From Phoronis australis (Eukaryota > Animalia > Phoronida), in NCBI GenBank assembly GCA_002633005.1, contig NMRA01000531.1:202590-266589 (forward strand): a stretch of DNA of 64,000 bases, given 5' to 3'. The notes below the pieces were generated by a model that worked only from the letters and a program-made list of their open reading frames with translations, was not told the origin of the DNA and did no database searches. The position numbers and the translations under genes were made by a program. Shown piece by piece: positions 51,001 through 63,692 of the stretch (within the stretch, counting starts at the first letter, position 1; each line of letters starts with the position of its first letter).

Positions 51001-51809
51001 CCAATCCATGTCGCAGTTTGTTGTCAGATTTCGGACACCATCGATTTTGCCGTCTTTCTCATATTTCTCGAATTTGGGACGGCCAATGTTGCCTATTTCT
51101 AAAAGTTCAGACAGTTTCAAAATAATTATTTTCTCGCTGTCTTAAATTCGGGAATTTTTACTGTAAGTTGAATTGTCAGGGCATGTCCTTTTATGCACTG
51201 AAGATGGTCTCAAAGAATAACGAACTCTCAGTTCTTTGCAAGCCCAGAAATCACCTGTTATCAGTGTCCAGGAGAAAAATTTCACAAGAGCAAGAGGTGC
51301 AAATCAAAACTTGGCTTAATTCATGGCTGTTAACACACCATCATATCAAAGGCTACCGTACTTTGAAAACAAAAAAAATCTGTCATGGATATAATTTTCT
51401 TCAGTAACATAATAGGAATATCAAATTAATTAGCTCTGTTTCAAAACTGGTTAGTCACAGTAGAACTGCACTGCTCATTCAATAGTAATTTTTATTTAGT
51501 CGTCACAAGATCTAACTGGAAAATTCATGATACACTTGCTATGTAACAACTAGCCTATTGATTAGATAACACTGCAGATAAAGGGGACACTGATTAGATT
51601 TGAAAATGGAAAAAGACATATTTTTGTTGGAAAATACTGAATTTCAGCAGGATCTGAGTTATTAATGCCAAATTTGATAAAAGGAATAATCATAGAACAA
51701 AAGTAATGAAAAGCTTCTCAGGATGAATGTCAGATGACAGAAAATGTCACCAGGCATCATACCATTACAGATAGTCGATTATAACTAGGACAGGTGTATA
51801 AAGAGTTAC

Positions 51810-51875
51810 CACTACTTGTAGGATGAAATGAAGGAAATTTGTCCACTGTTCCATTCCCTGTACGTGGCACTTGTC
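51810..51875 (-). CDS. Death-domain protein, linker exon (66 nt)
   Basis: ttttcttatag| acceptor, AGTG|gtaact donor, phase 1 to 1, open frame GQVPRTGNGTVDKFPSFHPTSS. Confidence 0.55.
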
Positions 51876-52316
51876 CTATAAGAAAAATAAAACATTGAGT
51901 GAAAGGGCTCTAGAGAGCGAGACATAGCAGGGGTGATGGTGATAATAAATAAAGAAGATTACATAATTATCTGTTGCTTTTGAAAAAAAACAATACAACA
52001 AAAAAGTGTTTAAGTATGATTCATTAAACAAAATTGTCACCACATCCACCATATCGGATGAAAATAAAACAATGCACTGTGTTTTAAAAAATAACTTTTT
52101 CCCAATTTTGTGATAAGATCAAACAATTAATAATATTCTTTTGTCTAGTAAACTAAAAATGGTTACCATGGTGACATTACCTCAATGATGAATTTAATGT
52201 TCTTGCACCCGGTGTGAGTTTTTCAGAACTTCAAAGCCTTAAAAGGTTTGACGTAATTTTTTCAAGTCATAGAAATGTCCATGCATTAACCTATTAATTA
52301 AACAATAAGTTCCAAT

Positions 52317-55300
52317 GGGGCTATTCGGAAAATCTACAATAACTAGAGGGCGCGCGTGTACTATTGGTGATAGATTAACAGCCTCGATTTCGCGAGCCCC
52401 TTAATAACATGGTGAAATGGCTTGCAGCCGTGCCAACTGAATCTGAGATTGCGTGAAAAGGGTGCTTCTATGACAAAAAGTAAGCACGACCTTATACAAA
52501 GGTAAGGTTTGTGATTATTTTAACGATTATTCCATGATTATTCTACTGATGCCTGTTAACTGAGGTGCTCGCCGATGTCGACTTCGTGGCAGTCGTCGAT
52601 CGGGTTAATCTGTTTGTTGTGATATGTGTTACGATGCTTGACCTAGGAATCGGGATCTTTTCGTACATCAAAGCATTGTTATTGTTTGGAATGATTTCTA
52701 ACAGTTTATCAGTGACAGTTACATCAATCAATGCTGAATGTTTATGCAGTCAACTCGATACAGGCTAATGAGTTAGGGATTACAATCCAAGCCTAATGGC
52801 AAGGGGTACATGACAAATATCTTGTTTACTCCCTACCATATGTCTTCTGAAAATCTATTACATGTAACCTTTGGTTTTTAGCTTTGAGGGCTTGTACCGT
52901 GCAGAGGAGATATGCATCGCTTATGCACCGTCCCTGAATGGACAAAAATTGGTTTTAAGCGTTTGACTGCAGCTAACCAACAAGATCTTCCCATCCACTG
53001 CAGATCTGTTGTCAAAGCCTACTTTCAATATTGGAGACAACGAACAAAGCCTTTGAAAAGGAACAGCTATTTTTAAAGAAACGTATGTAAGTCATTTTGT
53101 TAATTTACTTATTCAGGTCCTTAGCGGGGGATTGGCATGNAATATTTGGTGCAACTGAACGTGTGGAAATAACAGGTAATACATGTTTGGGGGAAAGAGC
53201 ATGGTGAGGTAATTCTTAACCTTCATGAAGTCCCTTCAAGTTTATTTCATGAAACTGTTTTGCTATCAATTGTAAACCCATGAATATGTATTACATGTTC
53301 TGAATTCACAGTGACTGAATAGTCTTAACTCATGCCTTGAAATGTTACAAGTCGTTATAAATTCAAATGACTGCCATTTTTGTGAAAATTGCATTTTTGA
53401 TGGTGCCTTACGATTTGTAATTACTCTTAAACAACAGAACGATTATCCATCATTTTTAAATGACCCAAGTCTTCATATCTTCTATTAGAAGAAAAATTAA
53501 AAGTCTGAGAAACGGTTCCCTCAACCTTAGACTAGAAGTGTGCTTGACAGACCCATGTACCTTTAATCTAAGTTTAAAATTGCTGAAAGTATCAAAATTA
53601 AAAAGGCTTGAAAATGGGTAACAAAGGTTTGAAGTTGTCTCAAAATTGTATATTTTGCAGACAAGTGATGTGTTTAACGAATTGTTATGGCTACGAATGA
53701 TAAATAAAGACACAGTTTTATGCAATACTTATTATATACACCCTGGGTTTCTGAAAATAGTAATTATTTAATTTTATGTGAAATTGTAGAGCAGTCACCA
53801 TATATTTTTGAAAAACAGGGATGGCATTTTTGACCCAATCTGGAGTACTTAATTATTCATATTTCAATATTTGTTCCAGGTTCAGTAACATTTTAAGGCC
53901 ACCTCAAGCTGTATCATAGGCAAAGGCAAGCTTTGTTACTCCGTTCTCTTCCCACAGCACTTCCACACACCAGCAGTGCGGCATGGCACAATGTGCAAGT
54001 CAGTGGCCCAGGAGAAATGTGAATCGCAGTACTAAGTTACCATAAGACAATGTGCCAGTGGACTGTCTGTGTATTCAGAGGAACTATATCCGACTGCTAC
54101 ACAAGCCTTGTTGGTGAGGATGCCCTTTCATAGGCAATGAGTCATGTGTGGACAATAGCTTATTTCCTTTCCTGGAAGAAACATGAGGGACTGAAGCTAA
54201 AGAAGACCTAATGACACTCTGGTCTAGTTCAGGGTCTGATTTTGGGCTCAAAACGATTCAAGTGATATGCTGCTCTGTTTACCTTCAAGGGTCTAATTGT
54301 GAATGTTATTGGAGCTGAATGAGGTTACATGAAAGAAAGCCACGTGTCGAAACTGGACCTTTTCTACAAGCGCTTCTATAGGCCACTGAAACTAGATCCC
54401 AGTGAAATGAAAGCCAAAAGCTGAGTGAGATTAACTTTTCCGTTCACAAGAAAGGCTTTATACTAATGGTAAAAACTTTTCAATTTGGTACACATTATGG
54501 GAAAATGACATTCAGTAACTGCATCGATTGTCTTATTGTCAGTAGAAAGCCCATTAATGTTACACTTTGATGATCAAGTAAATTTTTAATCAACAGGCAA
54601 GTTTGTCACTAATTATTGAAACCACAATATTTCTTCAGTTTTAAAATCCCATGCATTGCACTTGTGCTTATTCTTGATAAAGCTGAAGTGATTACCAAAT
54701 ATGCTTGCGAATTGTCATTTTCCCGTTGACCTATAGAAATATGCAGCGATCAAAATGAAGTATTCCCTTTGTTTGCATTTGATTTGTTTGTCTTAAGAAG
54801 ACCTTTGAACAATTTCAAGGTTTGTGTTAACTTATCTATGAACAAAAGTTCCGCATGCAAGAAAAGTGTGTTTTCAATTGTAGCTAGCTGGATAAGAATT
54901 TGCTATGCACAAGATTTGAGAATAAACAATTATCAGTGTATTTAAAAACAAATGGCAAACTGAAAAAGCACAGAAAGAAACAACATTGCGACGAAGTCCA
55001 TAATCAGGCATATCAAGTGCTGAGTTTCTGAATTACGTTCAATTCTCTCAGGTTATTGCTGAAGCATTGCTTTTCACTTTGTTCAAAGGTAAAATAGATG
55101 TTTGGGCGGTTGGTTTCAGTTGTTTTCTCTCACCTGTAACAGAATAGTCGGAGAAATATTAGCAAATTGTAAAAGAAAAGACAAGACAAAACTACTTTTG
55201 TAAGGCAGAAGATACTTAACGTTTCATCTTCATGTTTATATGTAGAAACTAATCCTTTTGTACCCAAGTCTTATTTAATATCTGAATTACAATATGTGAA

Positions 55301-56109
55301 ACAGGCTAAAAGTGATTTAACAATGTGTATTTTCATGACACTTAAAATGTGCTTCTGATCTCAACAAGTAAAATTCATTCTAGGTGTCAATTTTTTTTCC
55401 AACGCAATGTTACCACATTTCGTACTGAATTAAGGCTTATTCAATGTTAATTTGATAACTGATCTGGTAGTCCTGGGAGCGGGGTCCGTGATAAAATAAG
55501 GAAACTCACTCATCTAGAGAATTTTATTGGAAACAGCATAGTTTTGAAGAGAAACTGCTGTGAAAAAGTCACCCTTGACTTCTGTGCATCATGTACCATA
55601 CACCTCTTATTTTGGAAGCACTCCCACCCAGGACAATATGGGCATCCGAGTCCCGGGTGAGTTTCCTAAAAGAAACACTCAGTTCCACTCAATAAACCCG
55701 TTATTCAGTGGGGTAACTGGTGGGGATAACATCGCCAAAGATGTTGACAGAAACTGATTGCTAAAAACTTACCAAGTAATGTTGTGTAGTCTCCGAATGG
55801 AACTGCATAGTCATAGAGCACACACGGGGCTTCAGCATCCATACACTTTTTGACAGTTAGTTGACCTTTTTGACTTCTTGACCGCAATTGTCCACGAATA
55901 TAGTAACCTTAGGTCTTTTGGGAATTTGTGGCCACCTGTTGAAGGCTTGCACCAGGGAAATTAGCAGTAATAAGGCTTAGCGCGAAGACCGTATTTTGAT
56001 AACAATTCCATCTTTTACCAGTTGTTTACATGCAGACAACCACGCATGCGCAATTCAATCACCACTAGTACAGCAGCGACACCGCTAGGAGAATTCTCCG
56101 AATAGCCCC
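52317..56109. mobile_element. Degraded DNA transposon, ISL2EU-like
   Basis: About 60-bp imperfect TIRs ggggctattcgga(a/g)aat...ctag...tgtacta.tggtgat; AT on both flanks (52315-52316, 56110-56111); decayed plus-strand peptides (GFKRLTAANQQDLP; SHVWTIAYFLSW) weakly recall SWIM/YqaJ proteins. Confidence 0.5.
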
Positions 56110-56378
56110 ATTTCATGACTGCACTGCAATGGAAGTTCCCATAGAAAATCCGCACTTAGTTCCACCTTCCCTCTCAGTATCTCAGAAGAGAAAACATTAC
56201 CAAGGAAAATCTTCTGAATACAGAACGTTTTCAAGAGCAATTATGATGATTTAATTTCATGAAAATTGATTTATGTCGATCTTCCCTAAAATTCCATGTT
56301 GCACAACTTTCTAAGGCATAATTTCTTAAAAAAGCAGAAAAACTGCTTCATCACATTATTGTTCATTATGCCACTTAC

Positions 56379-56408
56379 CATTTTGAGCAATAGTGCCGTT
56401 CGAAGTAC
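56379..56408 (-). CDS. Death-domain protein, candidate 30-nt microexon
   Basis: ttattttcag|GTACTTCGAACGGCACTATTGCTCAAAATG|gtaagt, phase 1 to 1; GTSNGTIAQN. Confidence 0.5.
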
Positions 56409-56574
56409 CTGAAAATAATCAGGAATTTTAAAAGGGCGATTAGCTACTTGTAAGCCTTTGATAATGAATTCTTTGGAGAAGTGCTTTGCAAAATAAAAAA
56501 CATTGATACATCCAGGTCATCGTCATCCATTTAATGTGTTCGTAGAAATAAACTTGCCAAAATTGCATAAAGAT

Positions 56575-57048
56575 CCTAGAGGAGAAACAGTTGCAGACAA
56601 GTCATGGAAAAACAAAAAACAGCCACAGTAGTCGAAATCATCTGAAAATATTTGTCGCTGGAACAAAAATTGTTAATTTCATGACCAAAAAACAGACTCG
56701 AAAACAGTAAAAACGGCCAATAGGTGGCATAAACTACGTCAAATCCATTCGAAAATAGAAGCATAGCCCCATCTCACCAATAGATGCCTATATACCAAAT
56801 TTAAAAAAATTAATATGTTGGGTACCTTTAAAGGCACTGAGGTAAACGGAAAAAATAAAATTGCCACCAGGGGGCACACCGGTACTCGTGTCCGACCAAA
56901 AGTTCGCTCGTGCCGTCCCATCTATGAAAGGAACACATTTCCAAAATTTCATGAACATACGTCAAATGGTTTTGGAGATAGAGCAGCGGAGGCCGGATGG
57001 GAATGATGGCATAATGAATCCACGTATAAATATGTGGGTGCATAAAAA
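56575..57048 (-). mobile_element. Helentron/HINE-like element, 5' part
   Basis: ggcataatgaatccacgtataaatatgtgggtgcataa is the reverse complement of the 5' end at 11012-11048; the rest aligns to ~11050-11400. Confidence 0.65.
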
Positions 57049-57400
57049 TCATTAACACCACATGGATTTTGTAGATGCTTGACGGACACACAACAATGAC
57101 ACATAAATTACTTACTACCAATCATAAAATGAGCGAACCATTCTTTAAAGCTCTTCTGTGATCAAGAGAGTGCTAACAGGGTGGGATGTGGAGGGCATGT
57201 TAGCACTCTGGGGGAATTCTGGGGATACATAAAATTACAGTCATCCTTCACTTAAGGTAAGTTCGTCTAACTGTATAATTTTATTCCTCCCAGAATTCCC
57301 TCGAGTACTACCATGAGATTTGAAAGTTGATCACAGAAAGTGAACAGCAAACAACACCAAATGTTTTAAGTAATTTGTATTGGTAGATCAACGTATACAA

Positions 57401-58330
57401 TTATTGCAATACAAATTCTGCCAAGGTTTTAGATTTTCTGTTGATAGGTCTCTTGTAATATTTGCTAAATGTCGAAGGCCGTGACCAACCACCTGCCTTC
57501 ATAATCTCCTCAACAGTGGCTTCAGACACACTAGCTTTGCTAACAGAAGCTGATCTAACACTACCGGATTTATATACATTGATATTTATACCAGCCAGAC
57601 ATTTCCGATCCATCGCCGCACAGTATCACCTGTGGCTGCTTTATACGGTCTAGTAACAGTAAAAAATAGTGCTTTACATGACCCCCGATAGTCTAGAGTA
57701 CGTTTTAAGTATACAGCCAAATAAATGCACAACCGCTTATCTGATGGAAAAGCTTTCAGGTGTAACAGTTCAGGTTTATAATTAAGACGGCCTTGTTTAA
57801 GATCCTTGCTTGCAATGGTAAAGGTGAATTTAGAGGCTGAAATGTTCATGGAATCTACATTAAGGGCAGAGATGATCTTTGGACGTTGTCCAGTGAGAAT
57901 TAGGATAAGCATAACAGTCTTCATAGTTAATTTCGCTATTGGTAACAACTTAGCCGGACCCCATGATTTTAAGAAATCTAACACTACATTCACGTCCCAG
58001 GCATCAACATAACGAGGCCTAGGGGGTTCATATTTGCAACACCCTTCATAAAACGAACTACATCTGGATTAGAGCCAAAGGTCTCATTGCCTGGTAAAAT
58101 CATAACCGAAGAAAGTACAGAGCGGGTAGTGTTAAGGACACTGTAGCCCTTATATAATTATGGTTGACAAGTGTTTGGAGAAAAGAAAGTCCCTCTCCTA
58201 CAGGTGCAAACACTGGAGCAATGTTCCTCTGACTACAATAGAGAATCCACTGTTTGATGTAGCAGCTGTAGAGGTCTGAAGATTACTTTCGTCGGGACGC
58301 CATGATGGTGGTGATGACAGATGGGCTGTA
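57401..58330 (-). pseudogene. DIRS tyrosine recombinase (stops and frameshifts)
   Basis: LTMKTVMLILILTGQR...; SVRSASVS...IMKAGGWSRPSTFSKYYKRPI with the catalytic Tyr region; split across ORFs 57586-57993 and 57401-57613. Confidence 0.88.
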
Positions 58331-58760
58331 TCCTTTTGTCTGTAGAGCCTGCCTGACAAGCGCGTTGCCATCAGGTAGAGTTTGTCCATTGGCCGGGCCT
58401 GAGGTCTAGAAGGCAAAACCAAGGTATGATTAGTAGCTAGAATGATAAACGGTGTTCCCATAATCGTAGGAGTCATCATAGTAAACCAGGGCTTTGTTGG
58501 CCAGAAGGGCACAATGATAATACCATCAGCCTCGTCCATAATCCATTTTTGAAAGACTGCATTCAAAATCGCGAAGAGTGGAAAAGCATAAATCAATTTG
58601 TAATTCCCCCAATGACACATAAAGCTACCCACCAATGCAGCTTCTGGGTCTGGTTGCCAAGAGCAATTAAAAGGGTTTCACCTTATAATTAAGTCTTGAT
58701 GCGAACAAATCAATGGAAGGGGTCCCAAATTTTGTGCAAATTTTCCGAAAAACATGTGTA
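58198..58760 (-). pseudogene. DIRS adenine-methyltransferase-like domain
   Basis: IDLFASRLN...; YAFPLFAIL...IIIVPFWPTKPWF. Confidence 0.8.
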
Positions 58761-60071
58761 AGTTTCATCTTTGAAAACCCGGGATGCTGTGTCTGCAGCG
58801 ACATTTTGTTTACCAGGGCAAAAGACAGCTGACAACCAAATGTTTCTCTCGAGTAACCAGAGCCAGATTTTCCAAGTAAACTTGTTACAGTGATATGAGT
58901 GTACAGAGCCCTGATGACGTATACACTGCATTGTTGTTGTGTCATGACCCGTAAATGAATATTTCTCATGTCCCCAAATACAGATTGTAAGGAATGATTA
59001 ACTGCAGTGAGTTCAAGCCCATTAATATGCCAAGTAACTTCAGAGTAATCCCAACGCCCACCAAATGTTTCATTCCGAGAAGGAATATTGCAACCCCATC
59101 CCTGTAAACTAGCATCGGTGTAGAACACACAGTCAGGGTCACCGAGGTACACTGGAGCAAAGCAGTGAACAACATCAGTGGTCCACCAAGATAGATCTTG
59201 ATAAGCAAGTTGACTAAGGGACATGACACTCTCAAAGTTACGACCGGATTGCTGCAGAGCAACATTCTTGTCTATTTCCAGCTGCTTTGTAAACAGTTGC
59301 GCATAGCGATTGCCAGGGTGGGTTGCCAGCAATGTACCCACTAACTTTGCAATATCCCGTACGGAGATACAATCCATACGTAAAAAATCATTCAGCAGAG
59401 AGATAATCTTCTCTGCTTTGGACTTAGTCTTACTGACTGAAACCAAGATCTTGTAGTAATGTTGCTGTCAGTACCCCATCATTTTCACACTTGCCAGGGT
59501 CAGAATTCACAATTAAGGTGTCATCTATGTAGGCCGTTATAGTGACATCATGAACGCACCGAAGTTCCGTCAGGGGCACCTTAAGCAACTTAGTGAAGAT
59601 ACGCGGTCCTGAACTTAAACCATTCGGCAAAGCCGTAAATTGGTAAAGCACGTTATCATGCCTGAATCGCAAGTATTTCCGGTGATGTTTGGCTATTGGG
59701 ATGCTATAATAAGCGTCAGACAAATCTAAGATGATAAAGTAACAATCCTGTGTCACTAAGCGAAGTGCCGATTCAAAGGTATCCATTTTGAAATGATGAT
59801 AAGCAACATAAGAGTTTAAGGTCTTCAAATTAAGGATAAACTGAAGCTCATTTGCAACTTTCTTAGGTCGGAGAAAAACGGGAGACACAAATTGTCCAGT
59901 AGAGTGAGGACAGCGTTCAATGACTTGTTTAGCCAGCATGGATTGAATTTCTCTATGCAAGAACTGTTGCTTAAGTGGCAAAAATTTTGCATTGATACCT
60001 GGTCGTGTTTGAGTAGGAAGCAGGTAAAATTCAATTTCATAACCGGTGACAATGGCCAGTAGCCTATGCAA
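58760..60071 (-). pseudogene. DIRS reverse transcriptase and RNase H (frameshifted)
   Basis: HFKMDT, LDLSDAYYSIPI, LPNGLSSGPRIFTK, YIDD; RNase H motifs TDASLQGWG and HINGLEL; frameshifts near 59440 and 58940. Confidence 0.92.
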
Positions 60072-60289
60072 GGATCCTTAGTAATTTGACGCCACATAGG
60101 GACACAGTAACTATAACCCTTCTGGCCAAGGAGGTTTCAAGGTCAGAGAGGACCAAGGATATTTTACTTACGAAAGATGAGTCTATTTCCGGTTGGCAGT
60201 CTGTCTGGTGGCTGTGGCTGGCTTCCGTGACGGTTGCCGTTTGTGTGTGTACTGTTGGCCTGTCAAGAGACAATGCAAGAGTATTAGTA

Positions 60290-61630
60290 GCAGATTGACA
60301 AACATGTCCACTACGAACTGCAACCCGCATAAAATTTGGTGCATTCGACAGTACAAAGGAATGCTTACCTAAAAAAGGGCGATAGACGTGTTGTGGCTGG
60401 TGCTGATAGGCCTGTCTGTAGGAGGCAGGGTAGGGCGACGGCCGGCATGTCGTGTGTCTCGTAGTCATGGGAGACCGGGCGAGATTAAGGGCCTGAGAGG
60501 CCTGCTTACACTTCTCCCCCAACTGGTCTCCAAACAGGAGCTTGTCGGAGGTACTGGCCTTGTTGAGTGCCGAATGGTACTTGGAGTTGAGATGGGGTTT
60601 GATAATGTCCCGTCGAGTAGAATTAATCTTTGCGCTAGCATACCCCAGGAGACCTAGCGCGTCCACAGTATTATCCACCAAGTCCTTGGCGTTTAGATGT
60701 TTGGGAGCTGTGGTGATCAGGGTGTCAACGAGTTTAGTCAGGGGAATGGCCGCCCTGGCTATGGCCGATTGTGCAGACTTCAACTGGCCGTCTTTGAATT
60801 TCACCGTTTTGTGGTTTTGCACTATGTCTGCGATTTCCTCGTTCAAGTCAGTCTTGTGGACTGCGATGTTGTCGGGCCGGGGATGTTTATCATGTGCCTG
60901 CTTTATATCGAAGGACTTACCCCCCTCCCATAGGGAGTTGACGAGGGATGCAACAGCGTCCGATACTGGCGGTGCTTGTTCCTCGGATTGGTCCGCCAAA
61001 TGGGAAGCCAGCAACCCGACAAAAAGCGGCTCAGCACTGTGGGGGAGAGGCACTCCAGAAAGTGGCAGGTCCGGCGAGGTGGAAGCTGTCTCGTCTTCAG
61101 AAGTGCGCATAGTCCTCCATGGGGANNNNNNNNNNNNNNNNNNNNNNNNNNNNNNNNNNNNNNNAAGCTGTCTCGTCTTCAGAATCGGAGGGAGCGAAGT
61201 GCGCATAGTGCTCCATGGGGACGGGTTGCGGCCAGTAATGATAACCGCCCATGTGTGGGGGTGGTGACGCGTAGAAGGGTGGCCAAGACGGCATCAGCGC
61301 CGGGGGATTGAATAAACTCCGGTCCGTGGTGGGTTTCGGAGTCTGGGCGGCGGTGGCTGAAGCGTTGGTGGTGGTCGTTTCGCTCGGCGGCGGCTGATTG
61401 TCAGGCGACGGAGACCCTGTCAGAGAATCGATTGACGGCAGGTTAACTGAAGATGTCTTTTTCGGGGGCTTCTCGGTCGAAGTTGAACCAGATTTTTTTA
61501 TCGGTGGAGTCCTTCGGCATGACGAAGTGCTGTCTTGTACGCTATGAACAGGCAAAAACTGCGATATGACCAGGCCTGCAACAGCAAATGCGCTAAATAC
61601 CCGAGGGTGGAAACTGATTGGTGGAAACAA
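60290..61630 (-). pseudogene. DIRS gag-like ORF1 (spans a 39-N gap)
   Basis: Low-complexity N-terminus followed by HPRPDNI...KFKDGQLKSAQSAI...INSTRRDIIKPHLN...LLFGDQL, typical of DIRS ORF1. Confidence 0.7.
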
Positions 61631-62743
61631 ACCACCTCCGCAAGTGACCTCACAAGTGCAGCAGGATTGGCTGTAAAAGCCCGCGCTTCATAATGTGTGA
61701 ATGACAGATGCGTTCCTAGGGATTAGAGCGGGCAGCGAGTGCAACTCAAAAAACCCGGGGTGTAACCGGAAAGCGATGGCAACCGACGACGACGAACAAA
61801 AGAGTGTCAGGATCGCTGGCGTCGACAGTGCCGAGCACAAAGAGGGCACATTCAGTGCAAATGTCAAGAGCGTGTACAAAGTGGTAAACAATGTACAGCT
61901 GTGCGTGGGTATGACGTAACGTGTTAGTACAGTGAGGCACACAAAGAAATACTTGACTGTTGAGTCATGCGAGCACCATGTGCGCTGTTCCAAAGGCCTA
62001 AATGTTAGTGTTAAGTACGCAAAGAGTTGAGCGTACGAGGATAGAACAACTATTAACACTCCACATGGCCTGTGTCGAAAAAGGTGTCGGGTCACGGAAA
62101 CCCCAAAGCAGGTAGGCCAGAAAATTACGATGAGGCAAATAGAGAGTCGTAATGCTCAGCGCCGGTAAAACCGGGCAACGTGTGGCCCGCCGAGTCACAC
62201 AGAGTCGGTGAGCTCGGTCGTCCAAAACTTCCAAGTTGATATAAGGATAAGAAGAAAAAATGCTCAGTAGGAAAGAGTTACGCAATTGAGTGTGGTCGCG
62301 GTGTAACTTGCGCAAATTAACCTCCCAAAGGAAAAAACACGTCTTCCTCTAGACGATAAGTCTGTGGAATGGTCCGCTTTGCGCATGTCCGTATCTCATG
62401 GTAGTGCTCGGGGGGAATTCTGGGAGGAATAAAATTCTGCAAATAGGTGACCTTTGAACTAATGTTGTACCTTGGGGGCTCACAACCTGCATCATGCAGT
62501 GTTATTCCCCAACAATGGATACGGTTTAGTGATTTATGGCGGATCACTTTTGACACAAAACTCATTCGTGAAAACATTTGGCAATTTTCAACCTACTTCC
62601 TGTTCACATTGTCGCTACATGTTGCGATTTTTACTAATTTGACAAAGCAATCACAGAGATAAGGAATTTATGGGCAAGTTCCACTTTAAGCAGAGTTGAA
62701 TTACTCCTCCATGATGAACATGACATACTTAAACAAAGGATAC

Positions 62744-62877
62744 GGTATTAAGTGCCGACAGACCAGCTTGTAATGTAACTACAAAGATATAGAGTCACTG
62801 CTCAACTGACGTAGTTTAAAGTTCTCATGTCTGAACTGTTCCACCAGCATTTGCCAGCGATCTGCAGACAAGAGTTC
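62744..62877 (-). pseudogene. MAEA: MAEA/Gid9 (CTLH E3 ligase subunit) exon with frameshift and in-frame stop
   Basis: ELLSADRWQMLVEQFRHENFKLRQLSSDSI / [12 protein letters not shown] closely resembles MAEA ([42 protein letters not shown], from recall); 2-nt shift near 62788; donor GTATCCTTT. Confidence 0.8.
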
Positions 62878-63692
62878 CTGTAAGAGACAACAGAGGGCAT
62901 GTGGTACAACAACTACAGATGAGGAAGACGAACAGTTTTTTTTTTGAAACGCTGAACACTAAAAACAAAATGGCGTTTGAACATAAAGGAAGCCTGATGA
63001 CTATTCAAACAGCAGCCTGGTAAAGCATATCTAAAAGGCAAGTACTTTTAAATGCAAGTTTTAAAATGCAAACTTTTCACGTGTTTGCTAATTATTAAAA
63101 TAAGGTCTCAAACAAATTTTAAGGGACAGATTTGCCTGGCCAGGCAAAGTGCACGTCAACCACTTCGTATTTGATAAATATGAAGAAGTGGAAAAGTATG
63201 ACATAAAGTATAAACATAATTCTTCACCTATAAACACAACTAATGGACCTAAATTTGGTACACCAATTCACAAACACAGCTCACCCACCATCAAATACAT
63301 TTAAACGAGTCATAAAACGTAGCTTAGCACCCAAATAACGCAACATCAGACTCACAAATTCGTCTCATAGATCGCCTCACACACTACATGGACATAGAAT
63401 AAGGGTACTGCATTTGATGGTGGACTGTGCGACGTTTAAGTGAGTAAATAAACTGAGTTTGCCTGGACTTTGGGTGACGTTTATAGGGAAAGAACAGAAC
63501 TCTGTAAGTCAGTGCAGTAGCCACTGACTTCATTGTTGTTAATATCTCAGGGACTCCTTTGTCTCCCCCATGGGAACCCACCATGTCCCAAAAGTGTATG
63601 GGAACCAAGTTCAGATAATTACTACATCGGGGGTGTATGGTGCACTATTTGGCTTTTCCATGAAACTTTGATAAACAAATGTAGTAACATAC

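Larger units (their letters stand above)
57110..62436 (-). mobile_element. DIRS1-like tyrosine-recombinase retrotransposon, degraded
   Basis: Order gag-like / RT / RNase H / methyltransferase-like / YR; 57277-57319 is complementary to the terminus 62393-62436 (internal complementary region); the low-coordinate boundary is approximate. Confidence 0.92.

Noticed and set aside
55560-55935. Exon-like segments with gtaagt/gtgagt donors
   Set aside because: They lie inside the 52317-56109 TIR element, have weak acceptors and give stops when joined; probably decayed transposon sequence.
60542-61267. 241-aa plus-strand ORF
   Set aside because: Antisense shadow of the GC-rich DIRS gag-like ORF.
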